Made by a program: the position numbers and the translations under genes
DNA from: Octopus sinensis
Lineage: Eukaryota
NCBI RefSeq assembly: GCF_006345805.1
Contig: NC_043007.1
Span: forward strand, 40,796,001-40,860,000
DNA: 64,000 nucleotides
Reading direction: 5' to 3'
Part shown: positions 26,136 to 39,984 of the stretch, in pieces
Position numbering within the stretch: position 1 is the first letter of the stretch
Layout: each line of letters starts with the position of its first letter
Notes under the pieces: model-generated
Seen by the model: the letters and a program-made list of their open reading frames with translations, nothing else
The model's database searches: none
What the model was told of the DNA's origin: nothing

Positions 26136-28850
26136 ACTTTGCACAGATTCTAATGTTGGAGATGTACTATAGAGTCAGCTGTTCACTACCAGTGAACTAA
26201 GGTAACACCCCTTATTTTTCGAGCACCTTCCGGAGTGTTCGAGCGGTTCCAAGTAGTGCTGTTTTCTGCAAGTACTCCACTCTTATTGCAGCCCCTATTT
26301 TCTCCACGTACTTCTCGAGATTTTTTATCACTGCTCCCAGGGTTCTGACAATTATTGGCACTACTGCTACTTTTTCCATCGACCACAACTGCTTAACTCC
26401 CCAAGCTAACCTGTCATATCTCTCGACTTTTCTTTCTTAATTTTTGCATACCTTGTTGTCAGCCGGGCATGCTATATCTATGATCCAGCATAGTTTGTTT
26501 TCTTTCTCAACTAAGACTATGTCCGACTTCCTATTCTCAATCGCATGGTCGCACTGAATCATAAAATCCCATAGGATCTTCGCATTTCTATTTTCGACAA
26601 TGCCTTCAGATTTGTGGTCGTACCAATTTTTTGCTCAGTCAAGTCCATACTTGTTGCAAAGTGTCCAATGGACAAGCATGGCTATATTGTCGTAGTGTCT
26701 CTTATATTCATTCTGGGTTAGTGGCGTACATTGTCTGGTAATACGCCATACGGTTTCACCGTTTTGTCCACAGATTCTGCACTTATCACTTTGTGCTGTG
26801 TTATCTATTCTGTATTTTATGTAGTTCGTTCTTAGTGCTTACTCTTGGGCAGCACAGATTAGAGCCTCTGTTTCCGGTTTGAAATCGCTTTCAGTCATCC
26901 ACGGCCATCTTTTTTCTCTGCCTGTCTTATCTTCAACATCCCTATGAAGTTGAGCATGCATTCTTTTCTTTACCCACCTATTTTCAGTTTCATTCGTTTT
27001 CGATTTCTTATATAGTGCTTTATCTTTGCAATCTTTCATGCTACACATGCCTGACCTTACTTCTAATAATAGCGGTTATGTGGGATTTTTTACATACCAT
27101 GCTATGTTGTTTTCTTCTGCTCTAATGGTGAGTTCGCATCAAATAAGTCCTATTCTCACTCGTTTTCTCGGTACATATAGTTTGTCTGTGTCACTTTTTG
27201 AGTAGAGTGACCCATACCTAGTTAGCAACTTCCTTGTCTTTCTGTCTAAGCTGTTTAGTTCGTCTATTGTCCATGCGATTACCCCTGCTCCATATGAAAG
27301 GAGTGAAACTGCCCAGGTGTTGATAGCTTCGATCTTATTCCGTCCGTTTCATTTCGACTTAAGGATCAGTCTGTCAGAACAACTACTCCACTTTAATTTT
27401 TTCTGTCATTTCTTTCTCCATCAATTTATCCATTTCCAAAATCACCAAGTACTTATAGCCCGTCTCTTCTATCTGCTTCATAAACTCCCCCGACGGTATC
27501 GTTAGCCCGTCTATACATTCGATTTTGCCTCTCTTCAAGACTAACACACCACACCTTCTCAGTCCGAACTCCATTTTGATATCAGCACTGAAGGTATACA
27601 CCGTATTAATGAGGGAACTGACTTAGGCTTCGTCTTTACCATAAAGTTTAAGGTTATCCATGAATAACAAATGGTTGACTTCTTGTTGGTAGCTTTTCAA
27701 TAATACCCAAAATTTGCTTTCCTCAGAATCAGTGTCAGTAGTATCAAGCACAGTACAAAGCTCAGTGGGGACAGGCAGTCCCTTGGAAGTTGCCACTCCT
27801 GATTTCTACTGTCCCTAAACTTCTTCCGTATGCTGTCAGGCCCGTCCCCCTTTTCGCCATATGTTTTCCAAGCAATTGCTCAACATTCGATGTAATACCA
27901 AATAGGTTCGTACACTCCACAATCCAAGAATGTGGGATCATATCGTACGCCTTACGATAGTCGACCCATGACATGGCTAAGTTACTTTTCCTCCTCTTGA
28001 AGTCTCTAAGTACAGCTTTGGCTATCAGGAGTTGATCCTTGGTACCTCTGCACTTACGCTTGCAGCCCTTCTGCTCATGTGGCAGGACTTCATTTTTTTC
28101 CAGATGTTCGTACATTGACTCTGCGAGTATTCCAGTCAAAAACTTCCACATAAGTAGCAAACAGGATATCGGCCTGTCTACCGCATTGCTTTTTTCGATG
28201 TTTTTCAGACACAGCACTGTCCTACCCAATGTCAACCACTCTGGTGTTACTTGGTCGGCATTTAACAAGGTGGTGCTCCTTGTCTTTGCTCCAGATGTCA
28301 CTCCAAAACCTTTGATTTTCATTATGATCTGGTATTTACTTTTCATCTGTACACTCTCCATTTATTTATTTTATAGAATCTCTTCTGATCTACTCTGAAT
28401 CACCTATTCTGTTGGTAACCAGAATAGGTTATTCTTCGGTTGTATCTTACCATCTTTACTTTCTTTGCAACGAAGCGCTGTTTCAGATCATCCATTACTA
28501 CTTCCAGGACCTTTATTTCAATATCATATTTCCTTTCCAGTGCCCTGTATTTTTGTTCGCTTTTAAGCTTTCCTATCTGTTTTCGGTCTTCTTCGAGAGC
28601 ATGTCTAACCCTACCTGGATTCTTCTTTTCTACCATGGATCTTTTCTTTTGTCACTCCCATTATGTTTATTTTTCTTGACATCAACCCCCACGTTTTCTG
28701 CTACAACAATATTTGCTGCCGTGATCAAATTATTTGTTTCTCTGATGTTGTTTGTTCTGATGTATTTCAGAATTTCATTAACATTTTTCGTTTCTTGGTT
28801 CAACTTCCACCGATTAACCTTTTTGATTTGTAAATAATATCGCTATCATT
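26136..28850 (-). mobile_element. Degenerate R4/Dong-like RLE LINE, copy 2 (a different subfamily)
   Basis: [19 protein letters not shown]...[15 protein letters not shown] (RT), MEFGLRRCGVL, FKPETEALICAAQE, and CCHC and PD-motif remnants. The 3' end abuts (TAA)n. Confidence 0.85.
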
Positions 28851-28859
28851 CTCTTGTAA

Positions 28860-29250
28860 TCTTAATTTTATTCTGTCGTGATTGCCTTATACTTTCTCGT
28901 GATTTACCTATGGATGAGTTCGTGGTATATGCTGGGGTCATATTGTAGATGTTTCTAGTTGCGTCCGAATGCATTAGAATTCCATTTTTGGCATCTAAAT
29001 TTCGTATCAGCTCTTTCAACTTTCTCTGGTACGGGTTGTGTTTGAGGGGGTGGTTCTTCAACTTGTTTTAATGGTACTTCATAATTCTTGTTCAAAATTA
29101 TCCAGGTGCTTGTTAGTTGTTGGTGCTTTTCTGGATTTAAATATATGCTTGGTAAGTTCCAAGTCCCTGTTCACGAAATCCTCCTTCTGCTTTCCGACAA
29201 CAATGAATCCCCTGTCCATTATATATTACGTTTAACTATATACAGTAGAT
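28860..29250 (-). mobile_element. Penelope-like RT N-terminal fragment
   Basis: NPYQRKLKELIRNL...SDATRNIYNM resembles the PLE ADKTxNxY region. Confidence 0.45.
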
Positions 29251-29539
29251 TCCTCCGATAGATAAATATAAGTTTTATATATTTATATTTTTATACGTTT
29301 ATACTCTTTGATTTTCCTTATGTTGTCCTTTAGGATCGTCTTCCCTTAATCCTACTGTTTTACTTATCGCACTTACTTATTTGTTTTACTCTCATTTTGC
29401 TCATTTACTTGCCCATAATGGTCATGGTTTTTATCTATTTATTTAGTTGATTTGTTTTGGTTTATCGGTTAACCATCAACGGACCGTAACCAAGTCATGA
29501 TTTTCTGAAAATATAGCTGACCAATTAGGTTGTAGGACT

Positions 29540-30400
29540 GACCATGATCCCCACCCCACTACACACAGGGATTCCGAGACTTGTTTATCGACAAAAGATA
29601 ACGAACACTAACACCGCACTTTGGTCCCACCTGGTTTCTTACTCATTAGTACATTCATATACCAAATTTTCCCATGATGGATTCACCACCATTAGGCTGC
29701 TTATGCCATACCATCCGCAACATTGCACCTACAAGCTGGCACTTTACATATAAACCTTCACCTGTGTAACACGAACCATACCTTCAAACCCACCACAGTA
29801 TTTCTATGTAAACATAATATGAATTTCTACGTACGCAAAATGAGAACTACTGCCTAAATTCACCCTTCCTGAAAAAAACCCTCCTGAGAACTATATTTAC
29901 CTATCCACAATTGGACGAAATAATATGGATCTTGTAATACATCACGGGAAGTGTGTAGCTTACTCCCCAAATAATATACTATTTTACTTGTTTCAGTCAT
30001 GTGACTGTTGCTATGCTGGAGCACCGCCTTTGGGGTCCTCAAGCATGGTCACATATATATACCCAAATAATTTTAATAAGTTGTGCTTCACTAACATCCT
30101 CATATTTGTTCCTATTCTTTTTCTGCCCTTTCAAAAAGACAAACACACTATCTATTGTTAACTGTTTTTTTATATGTATTAACCCTCCTAAACGCTTAGA
30201 CCTTCTGAAGAAGCCTAGAGGCACATCCATCGTGCAAACTTTATCTGCCCACCCCTGCAGAACACTGAGGAGATGGAGATGGCATGGAGGATTTTGTTGC
30301 CTCTTGGCAGAAACGGCCAAAAGGAACTAGAACCTACTGTCAATCTGATCTTTTGCTCTTTTGCTGTTTTCTGTAATATTAGTACATGTGTATGTAACAC
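29540..30400 (+). mobile_element. Penelope-like 3' fragment (GIY-YIG remnant) with degenerate hammerhead at 30201-30324
   Basis: TALWSH-like remnant. CCUU CUGAAGA agcc.agaggca...ugccucuuggc a GAAA cggcc aa AAGG, in which the cleavage triplet is eroded. Confidence 0.45.
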
Positions 30401-30555
30401 ATTGTTATTACATGTGTCTGTATTCTTCTAATACCGGCTGATGTATGTCGTTTTTGCATCCTCTCCATTTTCTTATTTACCGCATATAAATAAATAAATA
30501 AATAAATATATATATGTATATATATATATATATATAATATATATATATATATATA

Positions 30556-30608
<53 letters not shown>

Positions 30609-30629
30609 AGAGAGGCAAAGAGATAGAAA

Positions 30630-31335
30630 TACATATATACGGAAAAATATGGGCAGGTGATGAGCGATAAGATAAGACGCAGGGACACAGTCTCTACGAT
30701 AGATTTGTTTTCTTGGCTGATTACGAGGTGTGCAAGTTATTCAGTCGATCCAGATCGTATGGAATTGCAGTTTTACAATTTATTTCTGTCGATGAAGGTA
30801 AACTTCGTGGGCTTCGATGTTAGATCGCCACCCTGAATACAAAGAGCATTATACTGGAGACTTGAAACTAGCTCTGTTTACGCTTCAACGAGGCCCTGTC
30901 CTCATGAATTTTCAGGTGCCCAAAAGCATTATCAAAAAATATCATCTTATTACAATTATGAAATATAACCCGAATATCATAAGTTTAAGGTACATATTTT
31001 TGCTTAACAACCTAAGTACCGAAAATAGAAGTTTATTTCGTGGTCAGTCACTGATAATTTTATTAATCAAAGTTTCGAAAAAGAGTGTCGTATATTTGTT
31101 AATGCAAATGTATTGAGATAACGTGTTTGCATTTGTATAATTTTAGTTCTGCTTTAATTTCTAAATTATATTCCACGGCATATGTTTGGCAGGATAAATA
31201 GATTGAAACTCGTTCTATTCTAATTTACATGAAACCCCTTTAAAACTTTACAAATAGATATGACATATAATATATAACTGCTACTCACAAACAAGAACTA
31301 GATACAAATACATGCATAAAGAAGCACATAAAGAA
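30630..31335 (+). repeat. Second orphan copy of block B (internally deleted copy of 20835-21910)
   Basis: ggaaaaata.gggca.gtgatgagcg matches 20835ff, then jumps to gatagatttgtttt..tggctgattacgagg, matching 21316ff. Confidence 0.8.
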
Positions 31336-31354
31336 ATCTTCTTATTACACAATG

Positions 31355-31716
31355 TAACATATTCTCTTTTACTCTTTTACTTGTTTCAGTCATTTGACTG
31401 CGGCCATGCTGGAGCACCACCTTTTAGTACTTATTCTATCGGTCTCTTTTTGCCGAACCGCTAAGTGACGGGGACCTAAACACACCAGCATCGGTTGTCA
31501 AGCAATGCTAGGGGGACAAACACAGACACACAAACACACACACATATACATATATATACATATATACGACAGGCTTCTTTCAGTTTCCGTCTACCAAATC
31601 CACTCACAAGGCATTGGTCGGCCCGGGGCTATAGCAGAAGACACTTGCCCAAGATGCCACGCAGTGGGACTGAACCCGCAACCGTGTGGTTGGTTAGCAA
31701 GCTACTTACCACACAG
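31355..31716 (-). mobile_element. tRNA-derived SINE family A
   Basis: Reverse complement of the 23600 element. Confidence 0.85.
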
Positions 31717-33912
31717 CCATTGTATTTTAATGTTCATATATGCATTTTTCGCCACTAAATTCAAAAATCACATTCGTTTTGGCGTAACATCGATAGTTAT
31801 TTATTTATTCCTAATTACATATTTGCTCGTTATATTTGTAACTTTTCTCTACAACACTTTGTTGGTTCAATCTATTCTAGTTTTGTAAGGATAATTATAC
31901 AACATTTAATACTTTTTCATATATTGAAAGGTATTTAGGAAGTATACTATTAGTTAGAACAAACGAAACAATAAAACTCTGTACTGTAAATGCTTTGATA
32001 ACTCTTTTCTTAACATGAGAAGTGATTTGACGAACGAGATTTTCTGGAGTGTATACCTTCCCCATCAAAGCAATATCCCATCGTCCTTGGTATCTTCTTT
32101 CCATAGTTGCGATGTCCTGATGAAATCTCTCACCATGATCCTCACTTCATGGCGTTTCCAGTACACAGATGTCTTGCTGCAGTCTTCCCCCAGTAGATTC
32201 TATTCCTCAAACTGGTCGCTCCTCGCGGTAATATAGAGGATCTTCGTCGATGCCTCCACCAAATTTGGAAGTGGTCTAACGATTGGGACCTGTGTCTGAA
32301 CGTGTCAAAGTGCTGTCATCTGCCTGTCGGCTCTACTCCTGCAACTCAACTTGATTTCGAGCCGGGTCGTCTGCTGCTGGAGAGGACCGATCAGGTAAAG
32401 GACCTAGGTATCTTGGTGGATTCCTCTTTTTCGCCTTCGGCCCAGTGCGTCCGTGCTGCCAACAAAGCACGCGGAATTCTGTTCTTGATTCGACGGTCAT
32501 TCGGAATGCTCACAGCAGCCATACTCCTACCACTCTATGTCACGCTGGTGAGACCCATATTGGAGTATGGGATTCAAGCCTCTTCTCCTTATCTCCTCAA
32601 AGACATACAGCATCTCGAAAGCGTCCAGAAGCTGGCTACCCGCATGGTTCATGGTCTCAGAAATTTGTCCTACGAAGAAAGGCTGAGGACGCTCGACCTT
32701 TATTCTCTTGAAAAACGCCGCCGCCGTAGTGATCTCATTCTCGCCCACAACATCATAAGCGGAAAGTGTAACCTCTCGAAAGAGCTGTTCTTCACTCCTG
32801 CTCCAGAGCGTCGGCTGCGGGGTCATTCCGAAAAGTTCTACCTGCGACGATTTCATCTCAATCGAAGGAGAGGAGCTTTCTCCGTCCGGGTTGCGGATCC
32901 GTGGAACAAGCTGCCAGACGAGATGGTGAAGATGCCGACGACCACTTTGTTCAAAGCCTCCCTGGCCCTCAAGTGGCCTGAACTCTTTACATGAACACCA
33001 CCCTGTACCTAACTCCATGTTCAACTACATGGCCTTGCTATTTGCTTTTGAGCCAAATTAACTAACTAACTAACTAACTAACTAATTTCGACATTGATCA
33101 AAGAAGTTCAGCTCCTGACTTAGTAAGACCCAGAACCTGATTAAATCATCTAGCTCACTCCAATTTGAAAACTGAGTCTCCGAAGTCGTTCTTGGTACGA
33201 AAGCTTCCTCCATATCTTGGCTACTGCTACTTGTTGACTCTTCAGATGAAATATTTTCTGGTGGTAGTGGTACTAGTAAACGGTTATCATGTGGGACAGG
33301 TGCTCTAGATGATGGTATGTCTGGATACTGAAGAGCTTGTCTTCCTTTCACTTTTCTGTACTTTGTCACATCGATCATACAAAAATAACAGTCATCGTGA
33401 TGGTTCTTTGGTTCTCTCCATAACCTTGGAATGGCAAAAGGCATTGACCTTTCTGTACATCTTAACCCTCCTTCTAGAGTAGATCGACAGCTTCCACATA
33501 TCATATGTGGGGCCCATGGTTTGTCCAGGTCACCCATGGGCATTCCGAAATAGTCTGTACGCTATCCACAATTTGGCACCTTTCACGATCTTATGTAATA
33601 CCTTTTTTTTCCAATCTAATAACCACACACATAGCGAAATGTATCTGGAAAATTTTTACATACTCTAGTAGCTATTCTGAAAGTAGCAGAACTTAGTAAT
33701 TGGTCTGAAAGAGAAAATTAGACATACATTTAGTAGCGGAACATTATAACAATACCGAATATATAATAACATTGAAAGTCAACATATATTTTTTAACTGT
33801 TGATGATACAAAAAAAAATAATTTCAGTTTTGGAATCAGCAGAAAAAATGGTTTAATAAACAATTAAAAAAAAATACAATAAACATTTTTTTAAAAAAAT
33901 TGTTACGTTGTG
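31716..33912 (-). mobile_element. Chapaev3-like DNA transposon remnant, interrupted by a CR1-like fragment
   Basis: GDLDKPWAPHMICGSCRSTL...MPFAIPRLWREPKNHHDDCYFC (33082-33543) and HGERFHQDIATMERRYQGRW (about 32075-32140). Terminus ...gttacgttgtg at 33912. Confidence 0.65.
32165..33082 (+). mobile_element. 5'-truncated CR1/L2-like LINE 3' fragment with (TAAC)n tail
   Basis: ORF 32302-32994 contains VKDLGILVDS, YVTLVRPILEYG, YEERLRTLDLYSLEKRRRRSDL and FSVRVADPWNKLP. Higher GC than the flanks. taac repeats at about 33058-33082. Confidence 0.9.
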
Positions 33913-34097
33913 TTATCAACGCTCCTCCATAAATCCTATGATTTCGTCTTTTTTCGAAGCATTTTAAAATGAAAGTTTTAAAATACAGACGCTCCGAATC
34001 TGCAATTTGTTTCTATTTATTTATAATTCCAAAATAACTTTCAGACGAAAAGGTGTGTAACTTTGGGTAGATTTGACTGTTGCTTCTAGCACATCTA

Positions 34098-34219
34098 AAC
34101 TATACCATAAAGAGAATGAGATAATCTCTATAATTCGTAGTTTCAAACAGTAAGATTACATTTCTTACAAATTCAAAATACGTGGTGTATGTCGAAGTGA
34201 TATGTGTATGCATATATAA

Positions 34220-34250
<31 letters not shown>

Positions 34251-36067
34251 ATATTTATATATAAATGGATGAATGAATTATCTTTTGTTTACAGTTAACA
34301 CGGAAAATTCAGTAAACAGTTACCAGGGTAGCAAAATTCACGCAAGTAACAAGGATGTATTCAAAGGTACAAACTCCGGGTTAATGTGCGATAATTTGTA
34401 TAGTATAAGTAAATAAATGGAGTTGAACGTTTATTTCTTTGGAATAAATCCAATGTTGTCTTCGAATCATATGTCGAAAGTAAAAGAACTTGAATAACAT
34501 CTGCATTCAACTCCATATACATTACAACTCACCACGTGGGGATAATCGAAATTCCTCTTTTCTGTTGCTACTATATACATATGTTACATTATATACATAC
34601 ATATACATTATATACATACATATGTTACATTATATTACATTACCGTATATTATACTATATCATATTATATTATATATTGCTTACTATATCTAAAAACCTG
34701 GGAATTAGATTCTTATGCAATTAGGTGGTGAAGGGCAAATTGTAATAGATTCTTCATATAAGGAGATATGAATATAGGTCTACTTTATCCAGAATGTTCA
34801 TCACTCTGTCACATGAGTAAGCCTGTAATGTCATGAAACAGAATCTGGTAAATTATCAAATTCAGATAAATAAATCTACACTTTTACTGAGATCGGAAGA
34901 AGCCACTCAGAAGTCTTCCACAAGAACCGGGAGACGACTTAGTTAAACGATTTGAGCCAAAAGCGAAAAGCATTTAAAAATGCTGCCCACAAATCTATTT
35001 GGTTCGTCTATATTTTGCAATTCTCTAGAGAAAATTAATATCGGAAAAAAGAACATGTGGATTCAAAGACCAACACTTTCCATGCAACCAATCATATAAA
35101 ACCATCTTCAACTGAGTCTGCTTGAAAATGACATCCAAAATATCAGAAATATTTTATCAGCAAAACTATAAAATCTATTTCGTTTATAAAAATCTATGAT
35201 TGATAAGTGCATTTGGATGGACAAATACTAAAATTTACTTAAGCGATAACAATAATCTATGCAGTAAAAGTGTTGTTTAAAACAAAATCAAGGAAGTACA
35301 TACCAAAATATAAAATAAAATGGCCAAAAGATCTTTAGAAAATGATATTTGTCAGTCCTTTATCGTCCAGATAATGAAAAACCAGAAAAGTAGAGACAGA
35401 AACACAGAAATATAATCTATCAAAGAAGAAAGAAATGTTTGGAGGAAAGTCGTAAGCAACAGGTCGTTGATAAATCATAAAGAGAAGTGATAATGATTTG
35501 GACCGCAGAAAAGGTGACTTTATTACGCTGTACAAAAGCCTAGTCACACTACGTAAATCTCTACTCAGAGTGGTTTGGAACTTGCAGGTGTTTCTCCAAT
35601 ATTTTGTTGAATTTTGAAATCCTAAAAATCTATTGAACGAAATATCACTTATCTTGAACATTACTTCCTGTTAACTAAAACATAATCCAATATAAAAACA
35701 TTTGAATAATGTATATTCTTTCTTAATTCTTATTAGTATATCTTATTAGTAACTTGAGTATTATGAGTCACGATTTTTAATTCTTCTATCTACACAATAA
35801 CAATTTTTCACATTCAGTGTCCTCAATCTTATTGCTTAAGGAGAATTTATCTCACTTGTAGACTAATAAACACTGTTCTATATTTTACATAGAATAATAT
35901 GCAATGCGTATTCTGTCTGTCACGCTACTTTAGGGAAAGGAGTGGCAGTGAGTGACAGTCAGTGACTCTAAATGCAAGCGAACAGTAGTGAGAGGTTTTA
36001 CTCTGAAATCACTGTACAAATTTTGATCGCAAATAATATTTGTTTTAACAATTTTATATATACACAT

Positions 36068-36070
<3 letters not shown>
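34098..36070 (+). repeat. Remnant SLC22 stop-codon region plus 3' flank block A' of a missing paralog
   Basis: actataccaTAAagagaat (stop 34108-34110) matches gene A actatatcaTAAagagaat; the downstream sequence is colinear with 10825-12005. Confidence 0.75.
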
Positions 36071-36114
<44 letters not shown>

Positions 36115-36115
36115 G

Positions 36116-36919
36116 AAGACAACAACTTGATTTCAGAATGCAAGAAAATATATCCTACTCCATTTTCTTCTCTACTTGATATGTCGTTTTACAAGCAAGG
36201 TTACTTACTTAATAACATTAGATCAAAAACTCCAAGCATGATAGTTATGTGTTCCTGGTTGATTACGAGGTGTACAAGTTATTCAGTCGATCCGGATCGC
36301 ATGGAATGGTAGTTTTTACAAAAGAGTTTAGTTCAACAGTTAAGGGTAAACTTTGTGGACCTGGATGTCAGATCGGCACTCTGAATATAAAGAGAATTAC
36401 ACTGGAGACTCTAAACTGGTTCCGTTTACAATTCAACGAGGCATCGTGCTCATACTTTTAGGCGCCCAAAAGCATTCTCAAACAATGTCAACTTATTACA
36501 ATTGCCAAATATAAGCCGAAAATCATGTTCATATTTAATACACATGTTTTTGCTTAAGAACATATAGACAGAGAAAAAAACTTTATATCGTGGTTAGTTA
36601 AATAATTAGTTAAATACATTTACATGAACAAACATTTTTGTTTGTTCATGTAAATGTATTGAAATAATGTGTTGACATTTATATAAATTTTGTACTAGTT
36701 TAATTTCTAAATTATATTCCACGGCATAGGTTTGCTAGAGTAAACAGATTCAAACTAGTTACATTCTAATTTGCATGAAATCCATTTGAAATATTACAAA
36801 CATGTAGAAAGATCACATACAAAAGCTACATACAAACACACGTACAAAGAAACACACTCGGTTTATATATATAGGAAAACGAATCGACGAACTGTGGAAT
36901 TTACATCAACGAAGATAAG
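36116..36919 (+). promoter_or_regulatory. Putative promoter/5' flank of SLC22 gene B (block B)
   Basis: Immediately upstream of the ATG at 36920, with three related copies in the window. No specific binding sites are claimed. Confidence 0.45.
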
Positions 36920-37058
36920 ATGAAGTCTTCTCAAATTGATGTTGATGGAGTCCTACGTGCTCTGGGACAAACAGGATTTTTCCACACCAGTCAGTGCATC
37001 CTGATTTGTGCCTCTGTAATTGTAGCATCAACAAATAGTTTATTCTACATATTCTATG
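36920..37058 (+). CDS. SLC22 gene B exon 1
   Basis: ATG, then MKSSQIDVDGVLRALGQTGFFHTSQCILICASVIVASTNSLFYIFY, then G|gtatg. Typical SLC22 N-terminus and TM1. Confidence 0.85.
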
Positions 37059-37177
37059 GTATGTATGAAGTTTACATATAAGTATACACAGACAAATTTA
37101 TGTAAATACACAAAAAACACACATAACTGTATCAATACCATTCCATTTATTTATCTACCCATATTTCTTTAAACATA

Positions 37178-38788
37178 CACTGGCCAAAATATATTTAAGA
37201 CCGATTATAAAAGTTCTATATCTTACAAAATATTTTGTTAATAACACCATACAAATTATTTCTATCATTTACACCTTATGCAGAATTTATTTCTCTTTCG
37301 AATGATGCAGACAATTACTATTTGCATACAACTTGAAGAATTCTAATAAATACTAAATTAATATAAACGTTTCAAATTTACCGGCAAAGTTAGTCAAAGA
37401 CCGTCTCACTATAATTTTATTTAAAGCTTAAGATTGCAGCAAAAATGAGCAACAACAACAAAATACATATTAGTACTTTGTGCCATAGCCTTTATTCTTA
37501 ATAACGGCTGAACAACGCCTCGGCATTGAATTCGCTAAGTGATTACAAAATTCTATGGGAATGTTTAGCATATTTCATTGAGATATTCGAATAATTGTTT
37601 TATATTAGATGGTTTTTTTAGCATAGACTTTTTTTGAAACATAATTCCACAAGTTCTCGATCGGATTCAGGTCCGGGCCATGGGGAATCCATTTGATTAC
37701 CTCAATATTTTGGTGATCAAAAAATTCCATAACCTTTTTGGCTTTGTGCACAGGACTATTGTACTGCTGATAAATAGCTCCCGGAGGCATTTGGTGAGTC
37801 AAATATGGCACAACATTATCCTTTAGTAGATTCATATAACCTACACTACTTAGCTTTCCATCAACTTTAACTAGAGGGCCAACACCAAAGCTACTAAATT
37901 CCGCCCACACCATCACGCCCCCACCCCCCGCTTGCGCCGTCTTTTTCCCACATTTCGAATGGAATTCCTCGTTTGGGTGATGTCTGACGTATGTTTTACC
38001 ATCTGATCAAAATATATAGAAGCGTGACCTTTCACTCCAAAGGACCATGTACCAATCTTTGGTAGTCCATTGAGCATGGCTTTTTGCGAAATTAAGGCGT
38101 TTGAGTCGATTTCTTTCGGATATTATTGGCTTTTTTCCCAGCGATTCGTCCATGTAGTCCAAATCCTCTCAAACGGTTGCAGACGGTTTGTGGTGAAAAA
38201 ATAACACCGTTCTCGTTGGACAATTATTTACAAATGTCAACGGCTGTAAGCATTCGATTGCCTTCTGAAAGTCGGTGGATTCGACGGTCCAACTGCGCCG
38301 TCGTATTCCTTTATATTGACCAGTCTCCGAGTATAACGTCTACACTTGCACGCAAGCCGTTTTACTACACTTTAGTTGCTTGCTGATGTTCGGAAAGGAA
38401 ACTTTTTGCTGGTGGAGTAATACGATTTTTGCTCTCGTGACTGGACTGAGGTTACGTTGTTTTCCCGTTATTAATCAATTGTATAATAACGTTAAATTAT
38501 AACACTATATAGTGCAGTTAAGTTAGTTGTGTGACCACCCATTTCGGCAAAAAAAATTTGCATACATATTACATGGTCCTAAACTAATTTTGCTGGTAAA
38601 TTTGAAACGTTTATATTAATTTAGCATTAGAATTCTTCAAGTTATATAAAAATAGTTATTGTCTGCATCATTCGAAAGAAAAATAAATTCTGCATAAGGT
38701 GTAAAAGATAAAAATAATTTGTTAGTAACAAAATATATTGTAAGAAATAGAGCTTTTATCATCGGTCTTAGATTTATTTTCGCCAGTG
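37178..38788 (-). mobile_element. Tc1-like element, 1.61 kb, with ~230-bp TIRs and TA target duplication; transposase degenerate
   Basis: TA|cactggcc...gccagtg|TA; long inverted ends; VMVWAEFS...QQYNSPVHK...GPDLNPIENLW. Confidence 0.9.
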
Positions 38789-38806
38789 TATATATCGGAA
38801 CATATA

Positions 38807-39186
38807 CACTTGCGTCAGAAATTAATTAGCACTTCTCAAATTTCTACATTAAATAGGCTAAATCAATTAACCTATGAGCTGTTCAAAACGTCTTACGCGA
38901 TGAGAAAACTTAGTATGGTGTGATTTCGGTCCTTGCGAGGCGCTACCTATATCTATTAAACAAAGGAAGATTTGTCTGCATCCGCACTCCAAGTTGTTGT
39001 TGCACTGCTATGTCAACATCATAAGGGTGTAGACTCTCAAACTGCTCTGCAAACAAAGTTACGTCATCGTTCTGCGCAACAGTGAACTCGCAACAAAGCA
39101 ATAGTTCGAGATATGGCCACTAGGTGACAGCACATACCTTGAGTGAAGAGCAAATCAAGGGTGCTAATTAATTTCTGACGGTAGTG
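38807..39186. mobile_element. 380-bp Tc1/mariner-type MITE
   Basis: 26-bp TIRs cact(tg/ac)cgtcagaaattaattagcac with TA on both sides. Confidence 0.85.
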
Positions 39187-39738
39187 TATACACATTCACG
39201 CGCGCACACACACACACACGTACACACATACACACACATACACACACACATACACACACACATACACACACACAAATGGAAACACACCCACACAAACACA
39301 CACGCGTGCTGGGTGCGTATCCCTTCATCGCCGGGCAATTTTCACAACAGAATGCCTTGGTTGGCGGACTTTCGGGAGAGCACACTCCACATAATTTGGA
39401 TTTTCTTCGTTTTGAGGGGAATTTTTCAAATATTTTTTGACACACCTTTAAAAATATTGGAGGAAAACTTTTTATGAAAAAGGTTTTTTTGATATAAGAA
39501 TTAACCCGCCCTTCTTCGTCGGAACCGACATTGTCCTTTTTTCTTTCTTTTGCACTACGCACTTAAAATCAATGGGAAACGCCTTTTGGTGAAATAAAAA
39601 AAGAGGAGAAAATTTTTCAAAATTTACGAATTTTTCAATCCCTCCCCCACTCAGTACCGATTTTGTCCATTTTTTTTTTTTGCACTACGCCCTTAAAAAC
39701 GATGGGAGAAAACTTAAAGTTTAAAAGTATAATTCGAG

Positions 39739-39916
39739 ACATTATTTACATTATTTACATTATTTAAATTCGACTGATATTTGTCCTCATCTTGTTTGTT
39801 GTTAACACAACGTTTCGGCTGTTATACCCACCAGCCTTCATCAGGTGTCTTGGGGAAATTTCGAATCTGGGTTCTCATTCCTAACGTATTTTTCGGTGTT
39901 GTTATTATTATTATTA

Positions 39917-39984
<68 letters not shown>

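Noticed and set aside
21910-34097. Search for an intact third SLC22 gene
   Set aside because: No recognisable exon motifs (WDLVC, GRK, ESxRWL, ELYPT, LPET) seen by eye; only flanks and the stop region remain.
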